DNA of 64,000 nt from Chrysomallon squamiferum. Its lineage: Eukaryota; Animalia; Mollusca. Below, in pieces: positions 1-15,010 of the stretch. The notes beneath the pieces were generated by a model that saw only the letters and a list, made by a program, of their open reading frames with translations, had not been told where the DNA came from and made no database searches. Every line of letters starts with the position of its first letter. Position 1 is the stretch's first letter. The translations under genes and the position numbers were made by a program. The DNA lies in the NCBI GenBank assembly GCA_012295275.1, contig CM022677.1, positions 18,042,001 to 18,106,000 on the forward strand. Reading direction: 5' to 3'.

Positions 1-804
1 ATCTATCAGTACATCTATGTATCTGTTTGTCTGTTTTTCTGTCTGTCTCTTATTCTTGATGCCTATATCTCTCTTATCCTGTATGTCTATCTCTCTCTTA
101 TCCTGTTTGTATGCCTGCCCGTTTGCATATTTGCCATCTGATTCTATCTGTTTGGCCTCTTTATCTGTCAGTCTCTCTCTGTGTCTGTCTTTCTTTCTGA
201 CTATTCACCCGTCCTTCCATCCGTCTCTCTGTCTCACTTTACAAATATCTGTATCTTCTGAACTGAGTCACGTGTGTGTACGTGTGTGTGCTATTAGTTC
301 GATATTAAACATTTTCAAATGAAGCACAACACAATTCAATAACTGACTTTATTCAATGAATGTGTGAACCGTTTTAAAAATGACATAATTTATATTCCAT
401 TTAGCCTTAGCTGTCTTCGAGTAATTACTCATTTACAACGTATTAACTCTATTCAGCTGCATCTGTCAATTCACAAATACATTTCACATTAAACTTTTTC
501 AGTAGTCCACCTATGTAATCTGACTCATTGCATTTCAATACAAAGTTTAAATATTCCAATAAACGTTTCGTACATGCTTCAGTATTCACAATACTATTTT
601 AATATTAATCTTTTTTTTCCATTAGCTTACCGTTATATCTGACTGATGATTATTTAATATTACGTATTTATATACATTATAACTATGCTCTTAACCTTTT
701 CACAACAATAGTTCACTTAGGTTTTTTTTTTTACAGTCATAATTCGTAATATTCGTTTATGTTAGACGCAAATGAATATTATATATATATTGTGTGTGTG
801 TGTC

Positions 805-837
<33 letters not shown>

Positions 838-901
838 GTAATAATAACGTTAGCTATAATAATAACAATAATAATGACAGTAAAAAGAGAAATAACCGAA
901 G

Positions 902-945
<44 letters not shown>

Positions 946-1677
946 CAATAATAATAATAATAATAATAACAGTAATAACAACAACAACGATAATAATAAT
1001 AGTAGTAATAATAACAATAATAATAACAACAGCAATAACAACAACAACAAGAATACTACTACTACTACTACTAATAATAATAATAATAATAACAGTAATA
1101 ACAACAACAACGATAATAATAATAGTAGTAATAATAACAGTAATAACAACAACAACAACAACAAGACTACTACTACTACTACTACTAATAATAATAATAT
1201 CAATACTCGTTTTAAGACAGGATTTCTTTCTAAAAGTGTACATTGACATAATCAATATTTCTTTCATTAACAGATAAGTGTTACCAGCTAAACCTGTCAA
1301 AGTTCATTACGAAGAAAATTCAAATCATTTTCTTGTCACCATTAATTCTGTTTATTGTCAGAAACTGAATCAACTTTCAAGGTCGTTGCTTTTGTTTCTG
1401 TTGCTGTTGTTATTATTGTTTTTACTATTTCTAGTGAAAGTAGAATGACCGATGTTGCTGCTACTGCTACTACCATTGTTTCTACTACAACAACAGCAAC
1501 AACTACTACTTTTGTTACCACTACTATAACTACTACTTCTACTACTACTACTTCAGTGCTATTACTACTACTACTATTACTATTACCAATTCTACTACTA
1601 CTGCTAGCATTTTATCATCGTCGTCATCATTATGATCATCATCATTATTATTAATGTTATCATTATTATTAATATTA

Positions 1678-1714
<37 letters not shown>

Positions 1715-1838
1715 GTCTTTACAATTACCGCCGTAAGCACTATTGCTAGTACTATACTACTACTACTACTATAATAATATATTTTCGTATTACCAATTAC
1801 TACCAGCACCATCATAATGTCTAAGTTACAACAACAAC

Positions 1839-1876
<38 letters not shown>

Positions 1877-2285
1877 TGATGATGAAGAAGAAGAAGAAGA
1901 AGACAAAGAAGAAGAAGAAGAAGAAGAAGAAGAAGAAGAAGAAGAAGAAGAAGAAGAAGAAGAAGAAGAAGAAGAAAACTAGAAAAAAATCGAATCTAAA
2001 AAAAGGAAATGAAAAAAAAAAACTAAATGCAAAATTTTATAATTATTGTGATGATGACGATGAACATAACAATGATTGTATATCATTACAAAAAAAAAAA
2101 AAAAAAAAAAAAAGGAAAAAATTACGAAGCATTCAGAGGAAATCAATTAAAGTGAACTTCTGAAATGTCATCCGCAGATTTGCCACTGGTCTCTTTTTTA
2201 AACAACGTACGTCCAACGAAAAAAATAAATTGTAATAAATAAAATTACTGAGATAATGATTAGCAACCACATAGCGAGAGAGAAG

Positions 2286-2330
<45 letters not shown>

Positions 2331-2402
2331 AGAGAGAGAGAGAAAGAATGAAAGAGAGAGAAAGAGAAAAATAAAGAGAGAAAGAGAGAGAGAGAAAGAG
2401 AA

Positions 2403-2520
<118 letters not shown>

Positions 2521-3267
2521 GGACAGAGAGAACAAACATAGAAAACCAAGCAAGAAAGAAACAACAACCAAAAAACACCAAAGAAAAAGAAAACGCAGAA
2601 AGAAGGACAGAGAGACAGATCGACAGAAAGATAGATAGATTATATGTATGCAAAAATACAGAAATAAAGAACCAGATAGTAGATGCACAGATAGGTATAA
2701 AGAGACAGAGATAGATAAATAGATAAACAGCAAGACTGACAGACAGATAGGTACGTACTCAGAGGGACAGAGAAACAAAACTAGACAGAGAAACTTACAG
2801 AAACATTAAAAGACAGATACAGAAAGATAAATAGACACACAGAGAGACAAACAGACAAATGGATGGAAAAGTAGTTTGATAAGTAGGTGTGTAAGAAAAT
2901 GTTTCGACTTACTTTCTGTAGTGATATAAGAAATCGTTGTTCTTTTTTGTTGTGTGTCAAATACTAAAATGAATACAAAAATCTTTACTATTCTTTGTAC
3001 GTGTGAAGCGTAGTATTTAATTTGTACACAAAATGAAGTATAAATAAACAGTAAAAAAAAAGATTATTTGCTATTTACTTTCTTGTTTGCTCAACAGGGA
3101 GTGCACCTGTACCTCTTAATGCAATCAATTGTATTTGCGACGTTTTAACGTTTGGTAAGTATAGACTAATTGATTCTTGAATGCGTTCAAAACGAAGTAT
3201 TTCATTTCTAGAAATGTAACAACATACCACTTAAGATACATTGATTTTCATTAGTTTTATATTTCAG

Positions 3268-3307
<40 letters not shown>

Positions 3308-3478
3308 TTTAAAAATCAAAAGAGATAAAATTAAAATGAAATTGAGAAAAAGAAAAGATTAATACAAACTAAAAGATATGTTTTCATATATACAGGCTAT
3401 TTCAAAACAAACAAGAACATAAAAGATTATAAAAATTAAAACTTTCTGTTTTATACGTATTTCGTCTGTAATAAGAAT

Positions 3479-3535
<57 letters not shown>

Positions 3536-3966
3536 AAATAGGTTTACTATGATAAATAAAGAAATTCATTAAGTTAACAATTTTATTTCACGCTATGTGC
3601 ATTTATACATAAAATGATTAACAACAGATACAAGACAACATATGATTACAATACACAAAGTAATAGTAATAGTAATAATGATGATGACAATCACGATGGT
3701 GATGATGATGACGATGACAACAATAGAAATAAGAATAACTTGAATAGTAATACAAATAATTTAAAACAAAGACAATTAAAAGAAAACAATAAAACGAACA
3801 ATAAAAATGATAATGATATTAATTGTAATAATAATAAAAGTAACTTAAAAAAGGCAATAAAATACCCAATAAAACGAACAATAAAAATGATAATGATAAC
3901 AATTGTAACAATAATACTAATAGAAATAATAAAATAGCAGTAGTAGTACTAGTAGTAATAATGATA

Positions 3967-3998
<32 letters not shown>

Positions 3999-4105
3999 AA
4001 TAATAATAATAATACCTGAGATACATATACTGAGATACATGTACGTCTGTGCATATTATGAATACATTTTAATATAATAATCCAAAGAAGATGATAATGT
4101 TCCAT

Positions 4106-4205
<100 letters not shown>

Positions 4206-4271
4206 GTATACATATATATAAATATATACGATCCAAAGAACTTCATAATGTATTGACAAGAACTCCATGAT

Positions 4272-5492
4272 TTAATACGTGGTATCCATGGAAACCATGG
4301 ATACAGATTGCGTGTACACCCCAGTTGTCGACATCGTGGACAACGAAACCTCGCTCGACGTCACTTCACCTATTGGCGATGACGTCGGCGACGACCCCAG
4401 CCAGTTGCGACGTTGTGACTGTCGTCGGCAACAACAGCAACAGCAGCGGCAGTAGCAGCAGGACAGTTTTCTTGCGATGATGTCTCTGTAGTTCGACGCG
4501 CTGGCGATAAGAATGTAGAAATTCTGGGCGAAACTCAGTCTGTACAGAATGTTCCAGACGGGCCAGAGCTTTTCCCCGAGTTGCTGAGCTCGTAGGTCGT
4601 AGCGGGTGAGCTTGAGGACGGCGTCGGTGCATTCAGCAACGGCCACGGGCATCAGTGTCACGAAGGCGAGCACGGAAATCAGCACCAGGGGGCGCGTCGA
4701 GTTGTCTTCCTTCTGAATGGCCGAGCCCGCGGCGTTCCTGGCGAAGCTGCTTCTGAAGCGCTCGCTCCTCTGGATGCAGACGATGATGAGGATGTTGAGG
4801 ACGAGGATGAAGAGGCAGGGAACCGTGGAGGAGATGAAGAGACGGACGAAGATGAGGTAGTACTGAATGTCGTTCGGCCCGTTGCACTCTCCGCTCAGCA
4901 CTTCCAGTCTCAGCAGAACGGGAACTATCAGCGCCGCGGCCAGAAGAGCCAGCGAAGAGCAGACGACCCTTGCTTTCTTGCGCGTGCAGAAGCGCTCGCG
5001 CCTCAGCGGGGAGCTGACGCAGACGTACCTGTCCAGAGTGAGGCCGACGACCAGCCACGGAGACAGGATTTTCGTCGCGAAGTTGCAGCTGTTTAGCAGC
5101 TTGCAGAGACCGCTGCCGAAGTTGGCGGCAGGTCGGAGCTCGAAGCCTTCTTCCGTGGCCTCCATCAACACGAACACGAGAACGAGGCTGTCGGAGACGG
5201 AGAGGAACTTCAGGTAGACCGAGTAGGAGAGGAAGTTGATCTTTCTGTCGGTCATGAGCAGGAACTGGAGGAGGTTTCCCAGGATGCCTATGAAGACGAC
5301 AAACATGTCGATGCTCCAGTAAACAGCTCCGTACGAATGAAAATGCGGCCATCCGCTTAAAAACAGTTCCTGGTCTTCGTTTGCTCCTTGCGAGCAGTTC
5401 CCGTAGTTGCTGCAGTCAGCAGTGTTGTTGTTGCTGTTGTTGTTGTTGTTCGTTCCGTTCATTAAGAGGGAAATATTTGTCAGAGAAGGCAT
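4272..5492 (-). CDS. G1: intact class-A orphan GPCR (FMRFamide-R-like/Srw-like, putative chemoreceptor), 406 aa
   Basis: Seven hydrophobic segments. Motifs: TM1 GN, TM2 LSVSD, C at top of TM3, LTLDRY, ECL2 Cys, TM5 P, TM7 FAQNFYIL. Asn-rich N-terminus with NxS/T sequons; Cys cluster and S/T-rich tail. Splice acceptor ttatttttcAG at 5587-5586 upstream of the ATG. Confidence 0.93.
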   Translation of the reverse strand: MPSLTNISLLMNGTNNNNNSNNNTADCSNYGNCSQGANEDQELFLSGWPHFHSYGAVYWSIDMFVVFIGILGNLLQFLLMTDRKINFLSYSVYLKFLSVSDSLVLVFVLMEATEEGFELRPAANFGSGLCKLLNSCNFATKILSPWLVVGLTLDRYVCVSSPLRRERFCTRKKARVVCSSLALLAAALIVPVLLRLEVLSGECNGPNDIQYYLIFVRLFISSTVPCLFILVLNILIIVCIQRSERFRSSFARNAAGSAIQKEDNSTRPLVLISVLAFVTLMPVAVAECTDAVLKLTRYDLRAQQLGEKLWPVWNILYRLSFAQNFYILIASASNYRDIIARKLSCCYCRCCCCCCRRQSQRRNWLGSSPTSSPIGEVTSSEVSLSTMSTTGVYTQSVSMVSMDTTY

Positions 5493-5621
5493 TGCTTTTG
5501 TTGTTGTTGTTGTGTCGTTTGTTTGTTTTCCAGATTGTTAATTATTCTGTTGTTATTATAGTCAGGATTTCTTGGAAGGTAATGGCTGAAAAATAAAGCG
5601 TAGAATTAAGTCATTTATACA

Positions 5622-5655
<34 letters not shown>

Positions 5656-5718
5656 CATACATACACACACATACATACATACATACAGACAGACGACAGA
5701 CATACACACACACACAAA

Positions 5719-5762
<44 letters not shown>

Positions 5763-5837
5763 CATACACATAGATACATACACAAGCACCCTTATACTAC
5801 TGCTCTCTATTTCGACACTTAATACCACTACTACTAT

Positions 5838-5911
<74 letters not shown>

Positions 5912-6031
5912 ATAATAATAATAATACTAATAATACTACTAATAATAAAATAAAGATAACAATTTTAACAACAAAAGTTACAACAAAGTAGTAACAACAA
6001 CAGCAACAGCAACAAAACAACAACAATAATA

Positions 6032-6063
<32 letters not shown>

Positions 6064-6420
6064 AATAATGATAAAAGTACCAATGATGGTAGAAGCGATA
6101 GAAAAAATACAACAAAAACAAGAAAGGAAATTATATATACGCAAACGCGCACACACACACACACACAACACACCCACAAATATATCATTTTTAAAGAATA
6201 ATCATTTTAAATAAAAAATAAATACATTAACCTTAATAGAAATAATAACATTTATCTCGAAACTAAAACACTTTTATATAAACTTGACATCATATATCTA
6301 ACAACAAGTAAAATTTATCTCGAAACAAAACAAAAAAACTCCACACAAAATCAAAAACAAATAAAAAACAACAACAAAAAACAAAACAACAAAACAAAAC
6401 AACAACAAAACAAAAGACAT

Positions 6421-6700
6421 ACTCACAGTAGCCTCAAAAACTGGAGAGACCAGAGTATCCGAAGAACAATCTCGTAATGGTCGAAAACAGCTCTTAAAAT
6501 AAATCGCTTGAAAAAAAAAGCGGTGGAAAATACGTACGGAATACAATTAGCACACTTCCGCAGTTCAATACGATACGTTACGAATGAAGTAGAAAAACAA
6601 ATTAATCAACTCATTTAATCTGAATTCTTTAAAAACACACACACACAAAAAAAAAAAAAAAAAACCAACAAAAACACACAGTATCATTTCCTTCAACAAA
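6421..6700 (-). promoter_or_regulatory. Putative promoter and non-coding exon 1 of G1
   Basis: GTGAGT donor at 6426-6421; tcgaccattacgaga resembles the G6 start-site region (tcgacattcgaga); degenerate proximal motif (tttccttcaacaa) at ~6686-6699 at the expected spacing. TATA is non-canonical. Confidence 0.4.
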
Positions 6701-6749
6701 GACTTCAGCAGTCATATTGTTAAATGCTAAACAGACTTAAGTATGTATG

Positions 6750-6813
<64 letters not shown>

Positions 6814-7182
6814 AAGTCAACATTTTCGGTACCCATAAAACGATAATCAATCGAAAATTCTCCGACAAATGATTTTAATTTACTAAAATAATAATAAAAA
6901 ATTAACAAACTCAGAACTGAACAGTATTCGATAAGCACACACTAATTGCCAACCAAATTAACCCCGACGACGTCTACGACACCGCTGCTTTTTGTAATGG
7001 TAATCAATGCGACGATGTCGACATCGGGACCAACGTATCTAATTAGCCAGGACGACGGACAGGAAACGTTTATTGGAGATAAACAAAAAATATATATTAC
7101 TGTGCGTGCTTACCAAATTTGTTACTGACTTTCAATTCACGAAGGAAATTAAACAGAATAAGATCTGTGTAGAATCGTTAAT

Positions 7183-7653
<471 letters not shown>

Positions 7654-7739
7654 AGTTTCAGTCTATCTTTATCTGTTGTGTGGTTTCAGTGGACCTGCCT
7701 ATTGATCCAAAAGAACTCTTAATTTCTGTACTTTTTTTT

Positions 7740-7771
<32 letters not shown>

Positions 7772-8164
7772 TTTTGGTTAACAAAGCTAATTATGATTAA
7801 GGTTGTACTGAAAAACAGATCAATTTCGATCTGACGATCTATTCTTATTATTTTCTTATCAAGCAGATAAAAAGAATCGTAAAAAATAAATTGGTGTTTA
7901 GTATATAGATTTTCAGTTTTGCAAATCTAATTATCTAATTACATCAAGTTCAAAAGACTAGTAGCAAGGAGAAGCGATTTATACATACACACACACATGT
8001 ATATATATATATATATAGATAGATAGATAGATTGATAGATACATACATACATACATAGAGACAGAAATATAAAGAGAGACAAATACAAAAATTAATATTA
8101 TAAAAAACAAAATAAACAATAAAAAAAATAATTAATATTATTACTAATAATAATAGAAATAGTA

Positions 8165-8240
<76 letters not shown>

Positions 8241-8358
8241 TGAGAAGCAGAAGAAGAAGATCAAGAAAACGAAGAATGTATGTGATAACTGTGTCGCTCC
8301 TTGTAAATATGTGTGTGTGTGTGCGTGCGTGTGTTTGCATGTGTTTGCGTGTGTTTGC

Positions 8359-8390
<32 letters not shown>

Positions 8391-8508
8391 CGTCGTCGTG
8401 AGTATAACCACGTAGTGAACTATTTCTCAGTGCACTATTGTTGTTTTCTTTTCTCGTTGTAATCTGGAAGAATAGGATAGGATAGGAAAACAATTAACGT
8501 GCTAATCA

Positions 8509-8584
8509 GAGCAAGCTGTTGTGAAGCACGTCTGCGACGGGCACGCTTTCTGACAGGTCAGCGGGCGTGTCCGTCGCTATCTGG
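8509..8584. promoter_or_regulatory. Conserved distal non-coding element, copy upstream of G1
   Basis: 36/47 ungapped identities with 60048-60094; also matches 52137-52213. Same orientation relative to each minus-strand gene. Confidence 0.6.
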
Positions 8585-8665
8585 AAGAATTAAAGTTATG
8601 CTTTAAATAGTCGACGAAATCATCTTCACTCGATTTGACGGCTCAGTGGCACGCGATATCTGAGG

Positions 8666-9178
8666 CAGTTTAAAACAAATTATCTCAGCTCTGTACAGCT
8701 GTTTTAGTTTTATCACAGCTGTTAGTTTAAAACAGTTTATCTCAGCTCCGTACTGCTGTTTTAGTTTTATCACAGCTGTTAGTTTAAAACAGTTTATCTC
8801 AGCTCCGTACTGCTGTTTTAGTTTTATCACAGCTGTTAGTTTAAAACAGTTTATCTCAGCTCCGTACTGCTGTTTTAGTTTTAAAACAGTTTATCTCAGC
8901 TCCGTACTGCTGTTTTAGTTTTATCACAGCTGTTAGTTTAAAACAGTTTATCTCAGCTCTGTACTGCTGTTTTAGTTTTATCATAGCTGTTAGTTTAAAA
9001 CAGTTTATCTCAGCTCCGTACAGCTGTTTTAGTTTTATCACAGCTGTTAGTTAGTTTTATCACAGCTGTTAGTTTAAAACAAATTATCTCAGCTCTGTTT
9101 TATTTTTATCACAGCTGTTAGTTTAAAACAAATTATCTTCGCTCTGTACAGCTGTTTTAGTTTTATCACAGCTGTTAT
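8666..9178. repeat. 57-bp minisatellite, ~9 units (agtttaaaacagtttatctcagctccgtactgctgttttagttttatcacagctgtt)
   Basis: Visible periodicity; the ORF track shows a 19-aa repeat. Rich in CAGCTG. Confidence 0.95.
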
Positions 9179-10764
9179 CAAGCGTAGTAATGGTAGTAGG
9201 ACATTCATTCATTCAAACTTTGATTCGTTATTTTTTTTTTTTCTCTTGCAATCGTTTATTTCTTAATTTTTTCATTCCCTTTTTCTTCTTTGTTTCATTC
9301 ATTACGTTGTTATTTATTTATTTGGTAAATTTATTTATTTATTCATTTTTGGTATGTTCCTTCCTTTATTTTTCCATTCTTTCATTCATTGCCTTGTACG
9401 TTCATTCGATCACTGACTCATTCTGTCGTTCGTTCATTCTTTTTCTCTATCATTGGTTCGTTCATTCGTTCATTTTCTTTTGATTCTTTATTCGTTCATG
9501 AATTTCGCTCGTCCTTTCTTTCGTTTATTCATTCATCTATTCATTCATTCCCTTCTTCCTTAACTTAAATATACTACTAATACCACTACTAATGCTACTA
9601 CTACTATTACTAGCATCACTACTATTTCTTTTCATCTACTCTCTTTTTAATGGTAGACAACGTTAATAAAAACAGTTTCTTCATTTTTGTTTTATTCGTT
9701 CATTCCTTTGTTAGTTGACTCGATTATTTTCTCTCTAGAAAGTGTATCAGTGTCCGAAGGTCAGTGTTCTGTGTTCATCAAGTATAATGACGCACAGTCA
9801 CGTGACCATTGCTGACTTCATGTTTGGAATTAATTAATTCAACCGTGCTATTATTTAGTGTTGGGTTTATACAAACCTATCAACCTCTCTGTGTAGTGTG
9901 TGTGTTTGTGTTTGTGTGTGTGTTTTATTTGTATGTGTATATATATATATATATATATAGACACATACATATATACACACATACATACATACATGCACAG
10001 AACACATACACACAGACACGCACAAACACACGTATATAAACGCACACATAGGGACACACACAGAACACAGATATATACAAACACATAATACACATACCCA
10101 TCTATAAATACAGAGGCACATATATATATACACACACATACATACATATATACATACTAACATACTAATAGACATACATAAATACACGCACATATAAAAA
10201 AAAAAAAAAAAAGAAAGAAAGAAAAAGAAAAAAGAAAAAAAACAAACAAACAACAAAAAAAAAAAGAAAGAAAAAAGAAGCAAAAAACCTCCAAACAAAC
10301 AAAAAAACGCACTCTCACACGCACACATACAATATACAGGCACACACACGTATATCAGTTTCATTTTAACCTTTCCAGTGAACGTGAAATAATGAGCTGA
10401 CCGATTTCTGGTGTCTCAATTGCTTGAGAAATTAAAGAAACTGTACTGACGATTTGTAACTGCTCGACAGATATTGAATCAAAACGTACAAGACAGCTTC
10501 AAAACAAATGTATCATTACACATCCGTCATCGATATCATTAACCGATTCATTCATCGATTCATATCACGGAGATCGATTCAGGTATAAACTGATGAATTA
10601 TCGATATAAAATGTTAAACAATTAAATTTCCTTGACCTACTAAATCAAAATCGAAAAACAAAAGCCTCTACAGATATGTGACTAATTGTAGTGAAATAAA
10701 TCTCCCAATAATTATTTGTTTGTTCGTTCGTTCGTTTGTTTTAAAAGCTATATTAGACATCTAC

Positions 10765-10848
<84 letters not shown>

Positions 10849-10849
10849 A

Positions 10850-10930
<81 letters not shown>

Positions 10931-11347
10931 GTCTGTCTGTCTCAATCTCTCTGTAAAAAAAAATAAAAACCCAGCAAACAAACAAAAAGTAAAAACATAA
11001 AAAACTCCAAACAAAATAAGTTATCATAAATTGAAGGTCAGTATCCTCACCATTACTTTTTTTCTCAATTCTCTTACTTATTATATATATATATATTTTT
11101 TAATGTGATAATATAAATATTATTTTCTTTATTTTGGAAAACACCGCCAGTAACAACCATAATTATATTCCTAACGCGATTTTCATTCATGAATTTGTCT
11201 TCTTCTTAGCCGAAAATGACTAATACAAACAACAGTCATTATTAGTTCTATATTTAGGAAACGGTGTACATTTTTTACTTTCACTACGGATGAAAAACAA
11301 AACAAAATTGATAACTCCTTGTGAAACCATAATTTTCAAAATCGATA

Positions 11348-11383
<36 letters not shown>

Positions 11384-11740
11384 TATAAGAAATAAATCAA
11401 ATATTATCTCTGTTTTTGTGTTAATGAATTAGTGTCATGTTTTTCTAGTGTTTCTAGTTCTGATGCTATTGCTTTCAGTATTAGTGCTAGTGTTATCATT
11501 ACAACAACACAAAATATGCAAAGAAAGTATTTCTACTACTACTACTACTGCTATTACGACTGACAACATTACTGCCAATACGATTAATAATAATAACATC
11601 AAGAACAACAACAGTACCATCAATAACAACAACAACAACGGAACTGTTTCTGATCGATGCGACAACTACTACATTTACAACCACTAAACCAATAGTTAGG
11701 CATTTTCCAATTACTGCTACTGTCGCTTAGAAGACAGACA

Positions 11741-11875
<135 letters not shown>

Positions 11876-12118
11876 GGATTGAAAGCCGTGACCATTATCG
11901 ATAAAACCATTTACGACAGTTTGTTATTATTATTATTTATTGATAGTAATATAAATGAGGGGAGATAACTGACGTGAGCGTGTTTTAGTACAGTTGCCTT
12001 CTCACCTGCCTATTTTTTCTTCTAAATAAATTATTTTCATTATCTTTCTTTCGACTTTCATTGCGCTACTACTCCTGTTAAAGTAGCAATACCGTTATTA
12101 TATAATTTTATATACTGT

Positions 12119-12245
<127 letters not shown>

Positions 12246-12259
12246 CCTGTATGTATGTA

Positions 12260-12313
<54 letters not shown>

Positions 12314-12516
12314 CACAAACGCACAGACACATAAACATATATGTTTATTTTTATATCTCTGTCTGTCTTTCTGTGTATGTGTTCGTGTTATAAAAGCTCT
12401 CCTATGTTTCTTTTCTCCATTTTCGTCTCCGATTCTTCTGAATCGTGCTACAAAATAAAACATACATTAACAAAGTCGTAGGCTACTCTCGAAGCTGAAT
12501 AATAAACTCGGACGAA

Positions 12517-12830
12517 TATGACGTAACTGAATACGCAACAACAGTAAGAATACGACCAATATAATAATGCATAAATAAAAATATGAAATAAACAATTTAG
12601 AATAGTTAAGAACAATAACAGTAGACCAATATAATAATGCATAAATAAAAATATGATGTAAACAATTTAGAATAGTTAAGAACAATAACAGTAGACCAAA
12701 ACAATAATGCATAAATAAAAATATGACGTAAGCAATTTAGGATAATTAAGAATAATGACAACAAATACGAATACAATAACGTAAGGATTAAAACTGTGAC
12801 GTAAGCGTTATAGAATATTTAACAAAACGA
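12517..12830. repeat. 70-bp tandem repeat; one unit fewer in the duplicate at ~22235-22480
   Basis: gaccaa at 12554, 12624 and 12694. Confidence 0.85.
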
Positions 12831-13898
12831 GCAGTACTAAGAATGAACATATGTTACTAATAAGATGAATTTACATCTAAGGGACATGCATGAATGCACG
12901 TGCGTGTTCATAAATGTATCAGCTAAAATTATTTTACTGTATGGTTTTGGCATTTCTTCTATAAGGTATAGAAATTTGGGGATTTGAGAATTTGTCGTTA
13001 ACGGAATAATTATGTAACCAGTTTAGGAAACTGTTATTTTACCTGTAAGTAAATCTACCCCATTGTACCTGGACGTTATCCTGTTTATATTACTGCAAAA
13101 GTAAGAATGATTATTTACTAGTAACGAATGATCACGGCAAAATAGACGAGTTTCATTATAAATTTACATGTTTGATTTTTTTTTTTTTTTTTTTTCAAAG
13201 AATCAAAGAAATCGATAGCCACCATTTTGTCATTTCGTCAGACTAAATAAAGCAATGATAACGTTTATAAGTTATTTAACGCTAAACAAGCTGACGTCCT
13301 TTGAAAATTTACTATTTTTTTATTTAAATTTTATCGTGAAATTTGTTCAAATCATTTTCACTGATGTAGCTGTATTGTATAGTTTTAACTACTGTGTACA
13401 TTACCTTGAATCTACCATCTTGTTCAAAATTATACTAAATTATAATTATAGTTTAATATATCTTCGTATATCTGAGTGTACTTATCTAACCGCCTGTGTG
13501 TCTCGTTTATTCTCTCACGTACGTATCGGCTGATCAATCGATCGAGTTTTCTACCTCCGATTTGCAATCGATAAATCACATCAATTTTCACATAAATGAC
13601 ATTCAGCAAAGAGATCTAGTGACAGTTAGTAATCAGGTAGACTGTAGTAAAGTATTGAAGTGTATACGTGTGTAGTTATCTGTATGTTTGTATGTGTCCC
13701 TCTGGGTGCATGTTGGTGACGCTTTTGTGCGTGTGTGTGCTTTTGTGTGTGTTTGTGCGTATGTCTCTGTGTATATGTGAATGTATCTATATATGTGTGT
13801 GTGTGTCTTCATGTGGTGCTTGTAGATTGTGTATTTGTGTGTGTATGTATATATGTATCTGTGTCTATGACTACTTCTACATTTATACGCCTGTTTAA

Positions 13899-13929
<31 letters not shown>

Positions 13930-14306
13930 TACATCCACACGCGCGCACGCACACACACACACTTATAGATGTGTGTTTATATTAGACTTGATTTTCATCT
14001 GACAGTTTCACCTAACAGAACTCAGTTAACGCTCAACCCTAATAAGTTAAAAGATAAACAAAAACGGATAAGAAATCAATGTTGTAACAGATTACACTGC
14101 TAAATGATGGTTATTAAATAAACATGTATTTTCCTCAGTGCAAAAAATTAATTTTGTCTTTTGCAAGCGAGTACGGTATTAATGATTTCTTGAGAAAACG
14201 GTCAAAAGATTTGTCCATTTTTGCGTCATAAAAGTCTGTCAGCCATGTTGTTTCTGACACGCTAGGATTTGATGGAGAGAAAAAAGGAAGAAGATAGATA
14301 AAAGGA

Positions 14307-14450
<144 letters not shown>

Positions 14451-14735
14451 GAAAGAAAGATAGAGAAGCGACATAGAGAGATATAGAGTGGGACAGACAG
14501 AGACAGAAAGACAGACAGACAGTAAGAATGACAGAAATGGAGAAAGATACATAGATAGATAGAGAGAGAAAAAAAAAACAAAAACAAAAAAACAAAAACA
14601 AAGAGAGAGCTTCCTCATGGCATGTTCATAAAATTCCTTTGGTTTAACTAAATATTTACTTTAAAAAAAATATATTAATAAAATAAATAAATAAATAAAT
14701 AAATTAATAAACAAATAAACAAACAAACAAACAAA

Positions 14736-14782
<47 letters not shown>

Positions 14783-14960
14783 ATATGACAATAATATAAT
14801 ACTGATAACTAATAAATAAACGTGCTTAAGATGTGTGTAAAAGAAATAAGATTTTACGTCGTAATAATTTCCTGCGAAATGAAATTACAATAACAGATCA
14901 AAAGAAAAAAAAAAAAAAAAAAAAAAAAAAAAGAAAGAAAAAAGAAAACCACTGTTCGTA

Positions 14961-15010
14961 CGTTACGAATTCACGAACCGGCTTATTAACGTGATGAAAG
15001 AAAACGTCAT
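14961..15010 (+). promoter_or_regulatory. Conserved proximal motif upstream of G2 (duplicate at 24573-24622 upstream of G3)
   Basis: cgttacgaattcacgaaccggcttattaacGTGATGAAAGAAAACGTCAt, matching 36447-36496 and 43611-43658. Degenerate TATTAAAA at 15179. Confidence 0.7.

Noticed and set aside
4366-5352. Alternative-frame and antisense ORFs overlapping GPCR CDSs (also at G3-G6)
   Set aside because: Shadow ORFs from GC-rich codon usage; no recognisable domains.
8603-9041. ORFs with IKLKQQYGAEINCFKLTAV repeats
   Set aside because: Translation of the 57-bp minisatellite; unit length divisible by 3 and frame broken by partial units.
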